A stretch of 64,000 nt of DNA from assembly GCF_044324875.1 (NCBI RefSeq), contig NZ_CP172185.1. One strand, given 5' to 3'. The stretch comes from Escherichia coli (GTDB taxonomy: Bacteria > Pseudomonadota > Gammaproteobacteria > Enterobacterales > Enterobacteriaceae). This document shows positions 52,611 to 61,278 of this stretch, piece by piece; the first letter of the stretch is position 1; each line of letters opens with the position of its first letter. The translations under genes were made by a program, and so were the position numbers. The notes under the pieces were generated by a model. The model searched no databases. It was not told where the DNA came from and saw only the letters and a list, made by a program, of their open reading frames with translations.

Positions 52611-53595
52611 AACATCCTCCTTCTTCAGCAATTGGATTAAACCTCACCGCATCCTGCAAATAATCCGGTGCAAGATGGGCATAAATCATCGTTGTCTGAA
52701 TCTTTGCGTGCCCCAGAATTTTCTGGAGCGTCAGAATATTGCCGCCGTTCATCATGAAATGACTGGCGAAAGTGTGGCGCAGCGCGTGAACGGCCTGCCC
52801 GTCAGGAATGGAAGGGGCAACCGCTTTTATCGAATCGCGCACCAGTGAATAATCCAGCGCCGGAAATACCAGCTTTCCGCCCCGTTTTTTAATTTTGTCA
52901 AACAGGCTTTCAGAAATTGGAACAGTCCGGTTTTTACTGTTTTTGGTTCTGGAAAATGTGATCCGGGAATGCAGAACGCGGCGCTGTTCAAGTGCCACCA
53001 CCTCACCCCATCGCGCCCCGGTAGATAAAAGAATTTCAGTAGCTAGCCGTTCGTCGGGATGCTCTACCAGAACGTCAAGCAGCTGGAGGCACTCCTGCCT
53101 GTTCAGATACCCCATTTCGCGCTCGCTGACCTTCATCCCTTTCAGTCCGCTAACAGGGTTATCATTCTGGAAGTGACCGGATGAGATGAGTGCGGAAAAC
53201 ATCGCGCTAAGCGCACCAACCTCGCGGTTTATGGTACTTGGCTGAATCCCCTCCTCCGCTCTTGCCACGCGTAATTCCGTTAACGTGGTGGCGTTGACGT
53301 TGTTAACACGCGGATCCCCCATCGCTTCACACACGCGCTGTAATTTGAGGCGTGTGTTCCACCCCGATTTCATCAGTTGCCCGTGAAACTTCCACCATAA
53401 TTCGATAAGTTCGGACAACGAACGGCGATCGGTCGGCGCACTGTTCCATGCGTTATTTTGGTGTTGAGCTAAAACCCAGCGTTCGAACTGGATAGCCTCC
53501 GACTTTGTTTTGAACTTTTTACGAATGCGTTTACCTTTGCGCCCATCAGGACGCATATCAACCATGTAGCCACCAGGGATTGATTTTATGCTCAT
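52594..53595 (-). CDS. int: tyrosine-type site-specific integrase (P2-like)
   Basis: C-terminal HALRHTFASHF...LGHAKIQTTMIYAHL catalytic region; start set at MSIKSIPGGY. Confidence 0.9.
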   Translation of the reverse strand: MSIKSIPGGYMVDMRPDGRKGKRIRKKFKTKSEAIQFERWVLAQHQNNAWNSAPTDRRSLSELIELWWKFHGQLMKSGWNTRLKLQRVCEAMGDPRVNNVNATTLTELRVARAEEGIQPSTINREVGALSAMFSALISSGHFQNDNPVSGLKGMKVSEREMGYLNRQECLQLLDVLVEHPDERLATEILLSTGARWGEVVALEQRRVLHSRITFSRTKNSKNRTVPISESLFDKIKKRGGKLVFPALDYSLVRDSIKAVAPSIPDGQAVHALRHTFASHFMMNGGNILTLQKILGHAKIQTTMIYAHLAPDYLQDAVRFNPIAEEGGCCEKNS

Positions 53596-53644
53596 TGGCA
53601 TACCCCCAGCGTCACAAGCCCACCGTGCCCCCAGCGTTCCATAA

Positions 53645-53953
53645 TCAGCCGTGCAGTGTGCCAGTCTTGCGGACTTTTTGAGAAGGTGATGTGCTTTCTG
53701 GCCCATCAGGGGAGAGAGTCGGGCTGATCTGCCCAGCAGCCTCGTTTGTTTTTCCCGTCATGAGCCAATTCATGTACTTAAAAAAACGAGGATGATTAAC
53801 AATCTTGACGAGAGCTTCGCCGCCGACATTCTCAATCCGACCTGTCTCATAACGGCGTAGAGTACCGATAGGTACATCAATCAGTTCACAAAACTCTTCA
53901 CGCGTTAACCCTTCCGACTCACGAATTACTCTGATTTTTTCACCAATAAACAT
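53645..53953 (-). CDS. P2 C-type immunity repressor
   Basis: 102-aa HTH protein immediately upstream of and co-oriented with int, divergent from the early operon. Confidence 0.7.
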   Translation of the reverse strand: MFIGEKIRVIRESEGLTREEFCELIDVPIGTLRRYETGRIENVGGEALVKIVNHPRFFKYMNWLMTGKTNEAAGQISPTLSPDGPESTSPSQKVRKTGTLHG

Positions 53954-53975
53954 TGACAGTGTTCCTATCAGTACA

Positions 53976-54018
53976 GTATTCTTGATTTCAAGGTGTACTT
54001 ATAAGTACACAAGAATAC
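53976..54018. promoter_or_regulatory. operator/promoter region between repressor and early operon
   Basis: Perfect 18-bp palindrome GTGTACTTATAAGTACAC (53993..54010) flanked by gtattcttg / caagaatac; TTGACA at 53954..53959. Confidence 0.6.
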
Positions 54019-54050
54019 AAATAGCCACAGACTGGAAAGGTTACCACATC

Positions 54051-54329
54051 ATGACAAAAGTCTTGAACACATACGGGGAGACGGACTTCAACAAGCTGGC
54101 GGCAATGTACCCCTACCGTGATGAGCATGGACTGCCAGTTCTTGAGGAAAGCCTTGAGGACTACGCCAAACGAACCAATCAAGCCCTGAACACTGTTAAA
54201 AAACAGGTCGACAGAGCGCAGATCCCTATAAATCAGCATAAAAAAGGCGGGAAACGCACAGTAAATCTCTACGCAATTTTTCTGAAAACCATCATAAACG
54301 CAGAGAAATATGTACTCATGACGAAATAA
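54051..54329 (+). CDS. first early-operon gene in the Cox/Apl position (putative small DNA-binding regulator)
   Basis: 92-aa ORF from the ATG at 54051 with ggaaagg RBS; function by position only. Confidence 0.5.
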   Translation: MTKVLNTYGETDFNKLAAMYPYRDEHGLPVLEESLEDYAKRTNQALNTVKKQVDRAQIPINQHKKGGKRTVNLYAIFLKTIINAEKYVLMTK

Positions 54330-54359
54330 CTATTTTCCGCAAATAACGAGGGCAACAAC

Positions 54360-54575
54360 ATGACCCCAAGACAAAAATTAACTACCAGCAATAATGATGT
54401 ATTAATCTGTTCAAATAAACACGTAGTGGCTGCAACAAAGGTCGGCTCATTAATCACTATTCACTTTGCTAATTTCAGCCTGGAGATACAGACCAATAAC
54501 GAGGGAGAAGCCGCAGCATACATGAATGTATTGAAAAACTCCCTGCGAGAAAAAAGAAACACCGAGGTGCAATAA
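54360..54575 (+). CDS. hypothetical early protein
   Basis: 71-aa ORF with acgaggg RBS. Confidence 0.5.
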   Translation: MTPRQKLTTSNNDVLICSNKHVVAATKVGSLITIHFANFSLEIQTNNEGEAAAYMNVLKNSLREKRNTEVQ

Positions 54576-54883
54576 TGCGAAAACATTATTCACAACCATA
54601 TATCCGTAACAGTGCGCCACGCAGCAATAACCGCTGGAGCCTGCGCGAAACACACGCAACACCGGGCGGTCACGTTGTAAAACAAACTGGCGAACACACC
54701 TGGCTGATTGAGCAGGCTGGACTCGTGATCCACAGATGTAACCGCAATCCGTTTACCGGAAACCGCATCTTTGCGCTGAGCAGCGGCGACAACCAGTTCG
54801 GGCAGGATTTCACGCTACACGAAGCCCTGCGAACTGCCGACCGCTTAATTGCGGGGCGCAGCTTTCAGCACCCGGATTATTAA
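54575..54883 (+). CDS. hypothetical early protein
   Basis: 102-aa ORF whose ATG overlaps the previous stop. Confidence 0.5.
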   Translation: MRKHYSQPYIRNSAPRSNNRWSLRETHATPGGHVVKQTGEHTWLIEQAGLVIHRCNRNPFTGNRIFALSSGDNQFGQDFTLHEALRTADRLIAGRSFQHPDY

Positions 54884-54937
54884 AAGTCGGCTTAATAAGC
54901 CGTGAACCAGTCTTAATAAGACATGAGAGGCGATAAG

Positions 54938-55180
54938 ATGAAAAGAGCCTACAAAGAAATCGCTAACGACATACTTCAGAATTATCACCTAACCCTTGCA
55001 AACGAGGGTGTCGCCTATGATGAGCAATCGTTCCGCGCAATGCAGGGTGGGATTCTTGGGCTGTATATCGCCGCCACAGCCAGCGGCGACCTCGAAGCGC
55101 TGGCAGAATTAAAGGTTATCTATCCGAAAGAACTTGGCGAAGACCTGATTAAACCCTATCTCATTGAGGAGCTGGCATGA
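54938..55180 (+). CDS. hypothetical early protein
   Basis: Start at second ATG (MKRAYKEIAND) with gagagg RBS; longer ORF from 54923 possible. Confidence 0.5.
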   Translation: MKRAYKEIANDILQNYHLTLANEGVAYDEQSFRAMQGGILGLYIAATASGDLEALAELKVIYPKELGEDLIKPYLIEELA

Positions 55181-55302
55181 ATATTCTTATCTCGTGGTTA
55201 ATTCTCATCCTCGCCATTATTTGCGCGGTGGGAATCATGCGAATTATTAACGGCATTAAAACCATCGAATCATTATTTACTGGCGACAAGCGCCATAAAT
55301 AA
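55177..55302 (+). CDS. 41-aa hydrophobic micro-protein
   Basis: ATGA overlap with the preceding stop; MNILISWLILILAIICAVGIMRIINGIKTIESLFTGDKRHK; not in the ORF track (below length cut-off). Confidence 0.4.
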   Translation: MNILISWLILILAIICAVGIMRIINGIKTIESLFTGDKRHK

Positions 55303-55382
55303 ATAACCGGAAATTACCAGAAAGCAAGAAAACATCCGCAACGGCGGAGGGATTCCCTTACGCCTGAAATAAGGAGCAGCGA

Positions 55383-55598
55383 ATGAGTAAACCACTAACC
55401 AGCATTGAGCGAAAAATTGTTTTTATGAATGTGGCAGGCGTGCAGTTCGAAGTGGATAAGCAGGTCATCGTCTCCGAAACGAGATGCCCGGCAGCAGGTG
55501 AGCAATGCACCTACCTGACACTGGCAGACGGCACGCAAATAACCGCCGTCACCGACACCATTCGCGAGCTTGTGATTATCAGAGGGGTTAAACGATGA
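55383..55598 (+). CDS. hypothetical early protein
   Basis: 71-aa ORF with aaggag RBS. Confidence 0.55.
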   Translation: MSKPLTSIERKIVFMNVAGVQFEVDKQVIVSETRCPAAGEQCTYLTLADGTQITAVTDTIRELVIIRGVKR

Positions 55599-55807
55599 CC
55601 AGCAAATACACCACCAACGCACGCAAGCCAGGCAAGGAGGCACGTCATCACATTGCCGTTCTGCGCAATCTCATCATGTGCGAAATCGACGACTTTGTGG
55701 CGGGACTGGGCCAGCCGGGCGAGCCAGCAACACCGGGCGAAATACACAAAGAACTACGCCGCCGCATAGAAAGCGCGGTGGATTACGTCATGAACCCGAA
55801 CGACTGA
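55595..55807 (+). CDS. hypothetical early protein
   Basis: 70-aa ORF, ATGA overlap with previous gene. Confidence 0.5.
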   Translation: MTSKYTTNARKPGKEARHHIAVLRNLIMCEIDDFVAGLGQPGEPATPGEIHKELRRRIESAVDYVMNPND

Positions 55808-55847
55808 CCAGAACGCGAGCGCGCGCCGGATGACGCACGCATAACGC

Positions 55848-56333
55848 TTAGCGGGAAGCGCCAACCGTAAGGCTGGCAATGATTTTTTCGGAGAGTGAGA
55901 GAGATTCGCGATGATTAAGACCAAGAGCAGCACAAGCTTTATTGCGCGCCGGGTTGTCCATGCATTCAAGCACCGGAGAGTCCTGCTTCTCAATTTCCAC
56001 CAGTCGCGCCAGCAACACCTCCGTGCTGAGACCGTCGCTTTCAGTAATCAGGACGTTATAGCGATGAGCCTGTTCTTTTGCAGCCTGAGCGCGTCGCCCA
56101 AATTTCCAGGCGATATTGCAGCCACTAAGCACAGCCACGATACCACCCAGCAACCAACTGAAATTGCTGTCTGCAAACACAGTAGCCCCAGACGTAAGGA
56201 TGACAGCATTAATCACCGTATCCATACGGCGGTTAAACACCTCCGAAATATGTTCAAGCCAGTAACTGTTCCAGAGACGAAACATGACCTCGTGTCGCCG
56301 TTCGGCATGATTTTCAGTTGGTTGTCTGTTCAT
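55848..56333 (-). CDS. 2-TM hairpin membrane protein encoded antisense to the early operon
   Basis: 161-aa ORF with AGGAGGG SD 10 nt upstream of the ATG; two adjacent hydrophobic helices (TVINAVILTSGATVFA / WLLGGIVAVLSGCNIAW) flanked by charged helices. Confidence 0.6.
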   Translation of the reverse strand: MNRQPTENHAERRHEVMFRLWNSYWLEHISEVFNRRMDTVINAVILTSGATVFADSNFSWLLGGIVAVLSGCNIAWKFGRRAQAAKEQAHRYNVLITESDGLSTEVLLARLVEIEKQDSPVLECMDNPARNKACAALGLNHRESLSLSEKIIASLTVGASR

Positions 56334-56576
56334 TGCGGTTTAACCCTCCTCATCATCTCGCCCCTGCCCTTTTTCAGGCGCGGGAGCCGGTTGCCGTGGC
56401 ACATGAAATTTATCGCTATCAGACATTTATTTTTTCCCGTGTGTTGTTGAACAAAGTGCCCGCACAGTTTTGACGGAACGGCGGGCGCTTCAAGCGTAAC
56501 ACACCCTTCTTTTCCGGTTGAAGGCGAAAAAAACCGGACAGCTACCCGACACAAACCAGACCAGCGGAGAACTGCC

Positions 56577-57131
56577 ATGTACGCACTTAAACCTATGGGG
56601 ATACCAGGCAAAGCCCCGGCGCATGTGAAAGCCTGGACACAGCAGGAAGATGATTTGCTGATCACCCTGTACCCGCAGCACACAGCACGAGATATCGCCG
56701 GGCGTCTGGGGCGCAGCCACGAAGGCGTGAAGAGCCGCATTTGTCGTCTGCGTGAACAGGGCAGGATTGGCATCAAGCAGCAAAGACTAAGCGATGAGAT
56801 GATCGCCACGCTCATCAGGAACCGCCACACCAGGTCCCTCAAGGAACTGGCACACATGGCGAAAGTTTCGACACGCACGGTAACCAACCGATTGAGGGCG
56901 CTGGGCTACAGCCTGATCAAATGCGGGGATCTGCATAAAAACACCGTCTACAGCGACCGCATCGTTGAGATTATCAGACAGTTACACGACGAGCAGGGCC
57001 TGACGTTCAGGGAAATCGCACAGCGCCTTAGCCACGAACTACAGCCGAACCCTACCCCGACACTGGCTCAACGTCTCTACTGGCGGTGCACAGCATCCGA
57101 CGCCGTATTCCGTGAACTGTTACCAGATTGA
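56577..57131 (+). CDS. DNA-binding protein with three tandem HTH (Myb/SANT-like) repeats
   Basis: 184-aa ORF with ggaga RBS; three ~45-aa repeats each containing an HTH-like segment. Confidence 0.55.
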   Translation: MYALKPMGIPGKAPAHVKAWTQQEDDLLITLYPQHTARDIAGRLGRSHEGVKSRICRLREQGRIGIKQQRLSDEMIATLIRNRHTRSLKELAHMAKVSTRTVTNRLRALGYSLIKCGDLHKNTVYSDRIVEIIRQLHDEQGLTFREIAQRLSHELQPNPTPTLAQRLYWRCTASDAVFRELLPD

Positions 57132-57454
57132 GCAATCACCATGTACACACAAAAAAACCGCTTGCAACAACAAACCGGAACAGGGTACGCTTCCCCCGCA
57201 CCTCATAAAGCGGGTGCCGGGTTTCGCAGCCTGCTGACTAGCAAAGCGCACAACCGCGCCAGCGGTTTTTTTGTGCGTACTGTATTGCCACGTCTTTTTC
57301 GCATCAGAATTATGGTGGGGCGTACGGGGCCGACTTCGGTCGGGCCGGTTTCTTCGTTTGCCGGTGTTGAGAACCCCGTACGTCTCGCCACCCCGAGATT
57401 CTCAACTCTGGTTGGTGAGTATCCAAAAACTCACAAACGAAGAGGCCAAACACC

Positions 57455-57673
57455 ATGGCAAACCGCAAACAGCGCCGCGCTATCGCTGCGCAGCGTCACA
57501 TCCAGACCGAAATCAACCGCAGACTCTTCCGCGCCCACAACATCGCGCGAATCATGCACGCCAACATGCTGCATGAACGCAGTAACGCGTTATCAAACCT
57601 CTATTCCGCTTCCGTTTTCAGCTATCTGGCGGACGACCTGCGCGAGCTGCAAGACCTCATTAACCAGCACTGA
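57455..57673 (+). CDS. hypothetical protein
   Basis: 72-aa ORF with aagagg RBS. Confidence 0.5.
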   Translation: MANRKQRRAIAAQRHIQTEINRRLFRAHNIARIMHANMLHERSNALSNLYSASVFSYLADDLRELQDLINQH

Positions 57674-57745
57674 TAAACAACCCGAAGCCATCCTGCGCCC
57701 GTTCGCGGGAGGCTTCCGCACATCTGTAGTCGGGAGGATTGCGCC

Positions 57746-58114
57746 ATGATTCTGGCTGACGATTTTCTGGAGTACCTGAACAACACCGAGCGCGACCTGT
57801 ACGCGCGCGTTCTCACCCGTTACGAGAAATACAAACTTTCGCTGCCAGAACATCAACTCCGCGAAGGCGATATCGACATTGAAGGGCGCTACATCGTCAG
57901 GCACCTCATAGCGGGCTACGGCATCTGGCGTGTCACCGGACGTGAGCATTCATTGCTGACCATCTGCCAGAGTCCGTCCGGCGTGATAACGGAGATCGTC
58001 GCTGATAGTCTGCGACTCACCCATCACAGCGCCACCCCGGAAGAAACGCTGGCAGAAACCCAGCGTCTGTGTCGCGTCATTGCCAACGCCGCCCTCCGCG
58101 CAGACAGGAGGTAA
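57746..58114 (+). CDS. hypothetical protein immediately upstream of gene A
   Basis: 122-aa ORF with gggagg RBS; 3-nt gap to the A start. Confidence 0.55.
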   Translation: MILADDFLEYLNNTERDLYARVLTRYEKYKLSLPEHQLREGDIDIEGRYIVRHLIAGYGIWRVTGREHSLLTICQSPSGVITEIVADSLRLTHHSATPEETLAETQRLCRVIANAALRADRR

Positions 58115-58117
58115 GCG

Positions 58118-60292
58118 ATGGAGTTCGTCAGAGACTGGCAAAAACCGCGCCCCGCTATCGGGCGCGAAGGCTTACCCGTACCTGAAACCGCACTGGATAC
58201 CATCCTGAAGTGTTACCGCGCGGACGAAGAGCGCGCCCTGAACGCTGAAGAGCAGGGTCATCCGCTTGCGGGCACAACCATCGGTAACGCGATCGACAAG
58301 TGGGAAGGCGCACAGGAGCGCCAGGAAGAGGCCATCACGCTCACACAGGAAGCGAAGAGACGCCCACCCACCCTCATTGAGGAAACCCTCAAAGAGCTGG
58401 ACACCCTGCCAAAGTGGTTGAGGCTGCCACTGATTAAGTACCTGAACTTCTTAAGGCGCAAACAGGAGGACGAACAGCAGAAAGGCAAGCGCGGCAAGGA
58501 CACCCGCAAATATGAGCGCTTCCTGAAAAACGGCATCCCCGCACGTCTTCGCCGTATTCGTGAGATTAACGCTCGCTTTGCACCGTTAAGTTTTCAGGCC
58601 GCTGCCATGCGCGAGAGTCTGGAAGAGTTAATCACACTGCCGAACCTGAGCCGTGAACGCATCCAGAAAATAGCCGTACTGCTTGCCAGCGCCGTTAAAA
58701 TGCATCTTGCCGACGCAATGGACAAGGCCCGCGAAATAACAGGGAACGACAAAGACGACAACCTGAACAACTGGCTGATTGCCTACCAGTATATTGGTCG
58801 CCGTGTCCTGAAGCTGGGGATCACCCCACCATACTGGAGCGCCCTTGAACTCCGTCCCGACCGCAGAAGCCCCCCGGACCTGACACTGGTACCGGGCGCT
58901 GTTTTGCGCCTGAACGACGCCGAATGGTGGAATAAAAAACTTCGCCAGATGCACGACGTCTGGCGTGAGGAACTTTTACGTGCAGCGGGCCTTGTATCCC
59001 GCCAGACCTCCATTTATGTGAGCCGGGAAGCGCTGGCAGACTTCCGCGAGAAACAGGCCCGTACCCGCGATTTTCTCAAAGCGCACGACGTGGAGAACGA
59101 AGACGGCGAACGCATCAGCCTGGAAGATATCTACTACGCCAGTACATCCAACCCGCATAACCGCCGCAACGAGATGATGGCGTGCGTCAAGGGAATGGAG
59201 CTTATCGCACAGGAACGTGGCGACGTGGCCTTCTTCGTCACGGTCACAGCCCCGTCTCGTTTTCACAGCGTCACCGACGCCGGTACCCTTAACCCGAAAT
59301 ACAAAGGCACAACAGTAAAAGACGCCAGCGACTATCTGGTTTATAACTTCTTCGCCTCCGCCCGCAAACTCATCAAAAAAGAGAAGCGGGGCTGGTACGG
59401 CATTCGCACCGTGGAGCCTCACCACGACGGCACGCCCCACTGGCACATGCTGGTATTCACAAGCCCCGAGAACGAAGCGCGCATCACGGAAATCATGTGC
59501 AATGCCGCCATCCGTGAAGACCGTGCAGAGCTGGGCGACGACATTACCCCGCGCTTCAAGTGCGAGAAGATAGACCCCGAAAAAGGTACGCCAACCAGCT
59601 ACATCGCCACCTACATCGGCAAAGGCATTGACGCCGCCGCATTCGGCGACACGGATCCCAAAACAGGCAAACCGCCCGTTGACCACGAAAGCGGAAAACC
59701 TATGGCGGACACCGTGGAAAACGCCGTCGCCTGGGCACGCCTGCATCGCATTCGCCAGTTCCAGTTCTTTGGCCTTCCCTCACGTCAGGTGTGGCGCGAG
59801 TTCCGCCGCCTTGCCGGACAAATGGCACGCAACCCGAAGGGGCCGCAGGCACTGACCAACCCCAAAGCCGACGCCCTCCTTGTTGCAGCCGATACGGGGT
59901 GTTTTGCCAGCTACATCATGCATCAGGGCGGTGTGCTCATTCCCCGCAGTGAATATCTGGCCCGCACGGCCTACGTCACCGCAGAAGAGCCGAACAACTA
60001 CGGCGAGTTCCCCGACCGTATTTACGGTGTACGGATGCCGGAACTGGGCGATGAGTTCACGTTATGTACCCACCCGGAAGAGTGGAAAATCGTCAGAAAG
60101 GAACCGGAACCAGACAACCGCACGGGCGAGGGTTTTGACCTTCAGGGCGACCCCGTCGCCCCTTGGACTCGTGGCAATAACTGTCACCCTGACGAAAAAA
60201 ACAACCAACAACAGCACACAAACAGAACAGTCAGAGTGGGCAAAACTGCCCCCCTTACCCCCATCGTCGGACGGTTTTGTGAGCTGGTTTAA
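58118..60292 (+). CDS. replication initiation endonuclease (P2 gpA / 186 A family, rolling-circle)
   Basis: 724-aa ORF with caggagg RBS; HDGTPHWHMLVF metal-binding motif and YIATYIGKG active-site tyrosine region. Confidence 0.85.
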   Translation: MEFVRDWQKPRPAIGREGLPVPETALDTILKCYRADEERALNAEEQGHPLAGTTIGNAIDKWEGAQERQEEAITLTQEAKRRPPTLIEETLKELDTLPKWLRLPLIKYLNFLRRKQEDEQQKGKRGKDTRKYERFLKNGIPARLRRIREINARFAPLSFQAAAMRESLEELITLPNLSRERIQKIAVLLASAVKMHLADAMDKAREITGNDKDDNLNNWLIAYQYIGRRVLKLGITPPYWSALELRPDRRSPPDLTLVPGAVLRLNDAEWWNKKLRQMHDVWREELLRAAGLVSRQTSIYVSREALADFREKQARTRDFLKAHDVENEDGERISLEDIYYASTSNPHNRRNEMMACVKGMELIAQERGDVAFFVTVTAPSRFHSVTDAGTLNPKYKGTTVKDASDYLVYNFFASARKLIKKEKRGWYGIRTVEPHHDGTPHWHMLVFTSPENEARITEIMCNAAIREDRAELGDDITPRFKCEKIDPEKGTPTSYIATYIGKGIDAAAFGDTDPKTGKPPVDHESGKPMADTVENAVAWARLHRIRQFQFFGLPSRQVWREFRRLAGQMARNPKGPQALTNPKADALLVAADTGCFASYIMHQGGVLIPRSEYLARTAYVTAEEPNNYGEFPDRIYGVRMPELGDEFTLCTHPEEWKIVRKEPEPDNRTGEGFDLQGDPVAPWTRGNNCHPDEKNNQQQHTNRTVRVGKTAPLTPIVGRFCELV

Positions 60293-60608
60293 GTCGCTTA
60301 AGAGGCCGGACAGGAAAAAACTACAAAGATTGCTCAAAAAACGCACCGAAGAGAGTCGCCAGAACGCCAGCGGCGGCACCGACACACCCACCGACACCAT
60401 TAACCTGGGCGTTGTGCTGCCGGAACTGCCGGAAATCGTGCAAGTCCGCCGCGATCTGGAAGCGCTGGGCGCGGACTTCCCCGAAGCAATGGCCCATTCC
60501 GTCTTTATGGGTGCCCGCGTTCGTCTGGGTGACGGTCGCACCGTTCACCGCGACGAGCAGACCGGGCGCATCACCGTCACCAGTCTGCAACCGGAGGCGA
60601 AACCATGA
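60279..60608 (+). CDS. possible small protein coupled to the A stop (start uncertain)
   Basis: In-frame GTG at 60279 overlapping the A stop; C-terminal part looks coding and ends in an ATGA overlap with the next gene. The upstream part of track ORF 59880..60608 lies inside A in another frame. Confidence 0.35.
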   Translation: MSWFKSLKRPDRKKLQRLLKKRTEESRQNASGGTDTPTDTINLGVVLPELPEIVQVRRDLEALGADFPEAMAHSVFMGARVRLGDGRTVHRDEQTGRITVTSLQPEAKP

Positions 60609-61015
60609 ACCGTTATCATTGTGTACTGCCGCGCCACTACTTCGGTCAGATTATGCGCTCGCGTATTCCGGCGGTCACGCTGCGAAACCTGAGCACGGTA
60701 CCGCAGCCGGGCGATGAGCTGGAAATCGCCGTAGCAGGCCCTGACCGTTCAGCCAGCTGCGTGACCGCCGACGTGCTGAACGCCGTGCCCGTAGGTGGTG
60801 ACTGGCTGGTTGCCATCCGCTTCCGCCAAGACCCGTTCGCACCTGAACCGCTCACCCCCGCAGGCCGCATCATGCAGAACTGGCGGGATGAAGGCGCGAA
60901 GGCGAACTGCGAAAAACTGATTAACAGGATTGCCACGACAAACCGACATGCCGCGCTGGCGCGCCGGATATACCCCGCAAAATCAACACAACCAACAGGA
61001 GTAAAAGGCCCATGA
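60605..61015 (+). CDS. ASCH/PUA-like domain protein
   Basis: 136-aa ORF; N-terminal pattern YHCVLPRHYFGQIMRSRIPAVTLRN...GDELEI resembles ASCH domains. Confidence 0.5.
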   Translation: MNRYHCVLPRHYFGQIMRSRIPAVTLRNLSTVPQPGDELEIAVAGPDRSASCVTADVLNAVPVGGDWLVAIRFRQDPFAPEPLTPAGRIMQNWRDEGAKANCEKLINRIATTNRHAALARRIYPAKSTQPTGVKGP

Positions 61016-61278
61016 AAAGAATCGCCGGAACTGACTACCAGGAGCTGCTTAAAGCGGTGGAAAACTACCGTTCAGCGCTGGTGTGGTGTGAGATTAAGCC
61101 CTGTGACCCGGGAGCAGTTAAGGATTGCAACCGGGCGCGTGAGGACATTCAGCGCGTAATTGGCTACCGCTATGTAGCAGCCATTATTGACCTTGTGAAT
61201 GAACTGGAGGAAGCAAAAGAGCGCATCGCAGAACTGGAAACCCAGAATAACCCCAACCAGCAGGAGCAGAAGCCATGA
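61012..61278 (+). CDS. hypothetical protein
   Basis: 88-aa ORF, ATGA overlap on both sides. Confidence 0.5.
   Translation: MKRIAGTDYQELLKAVENYRSALVWCEIKPCDPGAVKDCNRAREDIQRVIGYRYVAAIIDLVNELEEAKERIAELETQNNPNQQEQKP

Noticed and set aside
57132-57454. Possible retron msr-msd in the structured region
   Set aside because: No reverse-transcriptase gene follows; the downstream ORFs are 72 and 122 aa and then gene A.
57141-57749. 202-aa plus-strand ORF rich in R/S/T/P
   Set aside because: Covers the hairpin-rich region and overlaps a better-supported gene at 57455..57673; composition looks non-coding.
58976-59746. 256-aa minus-strand ORF
   Set aside because: Antisense inside the replication gene A; Gly/Ala/Val-rich shadow frame.
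59880-60278. Upstream part of the track ORF 59880..60608
   Set aside because: Overlaps the A coding frame in another frame; only the part after the A stop (from 60279) is plausibly coding.
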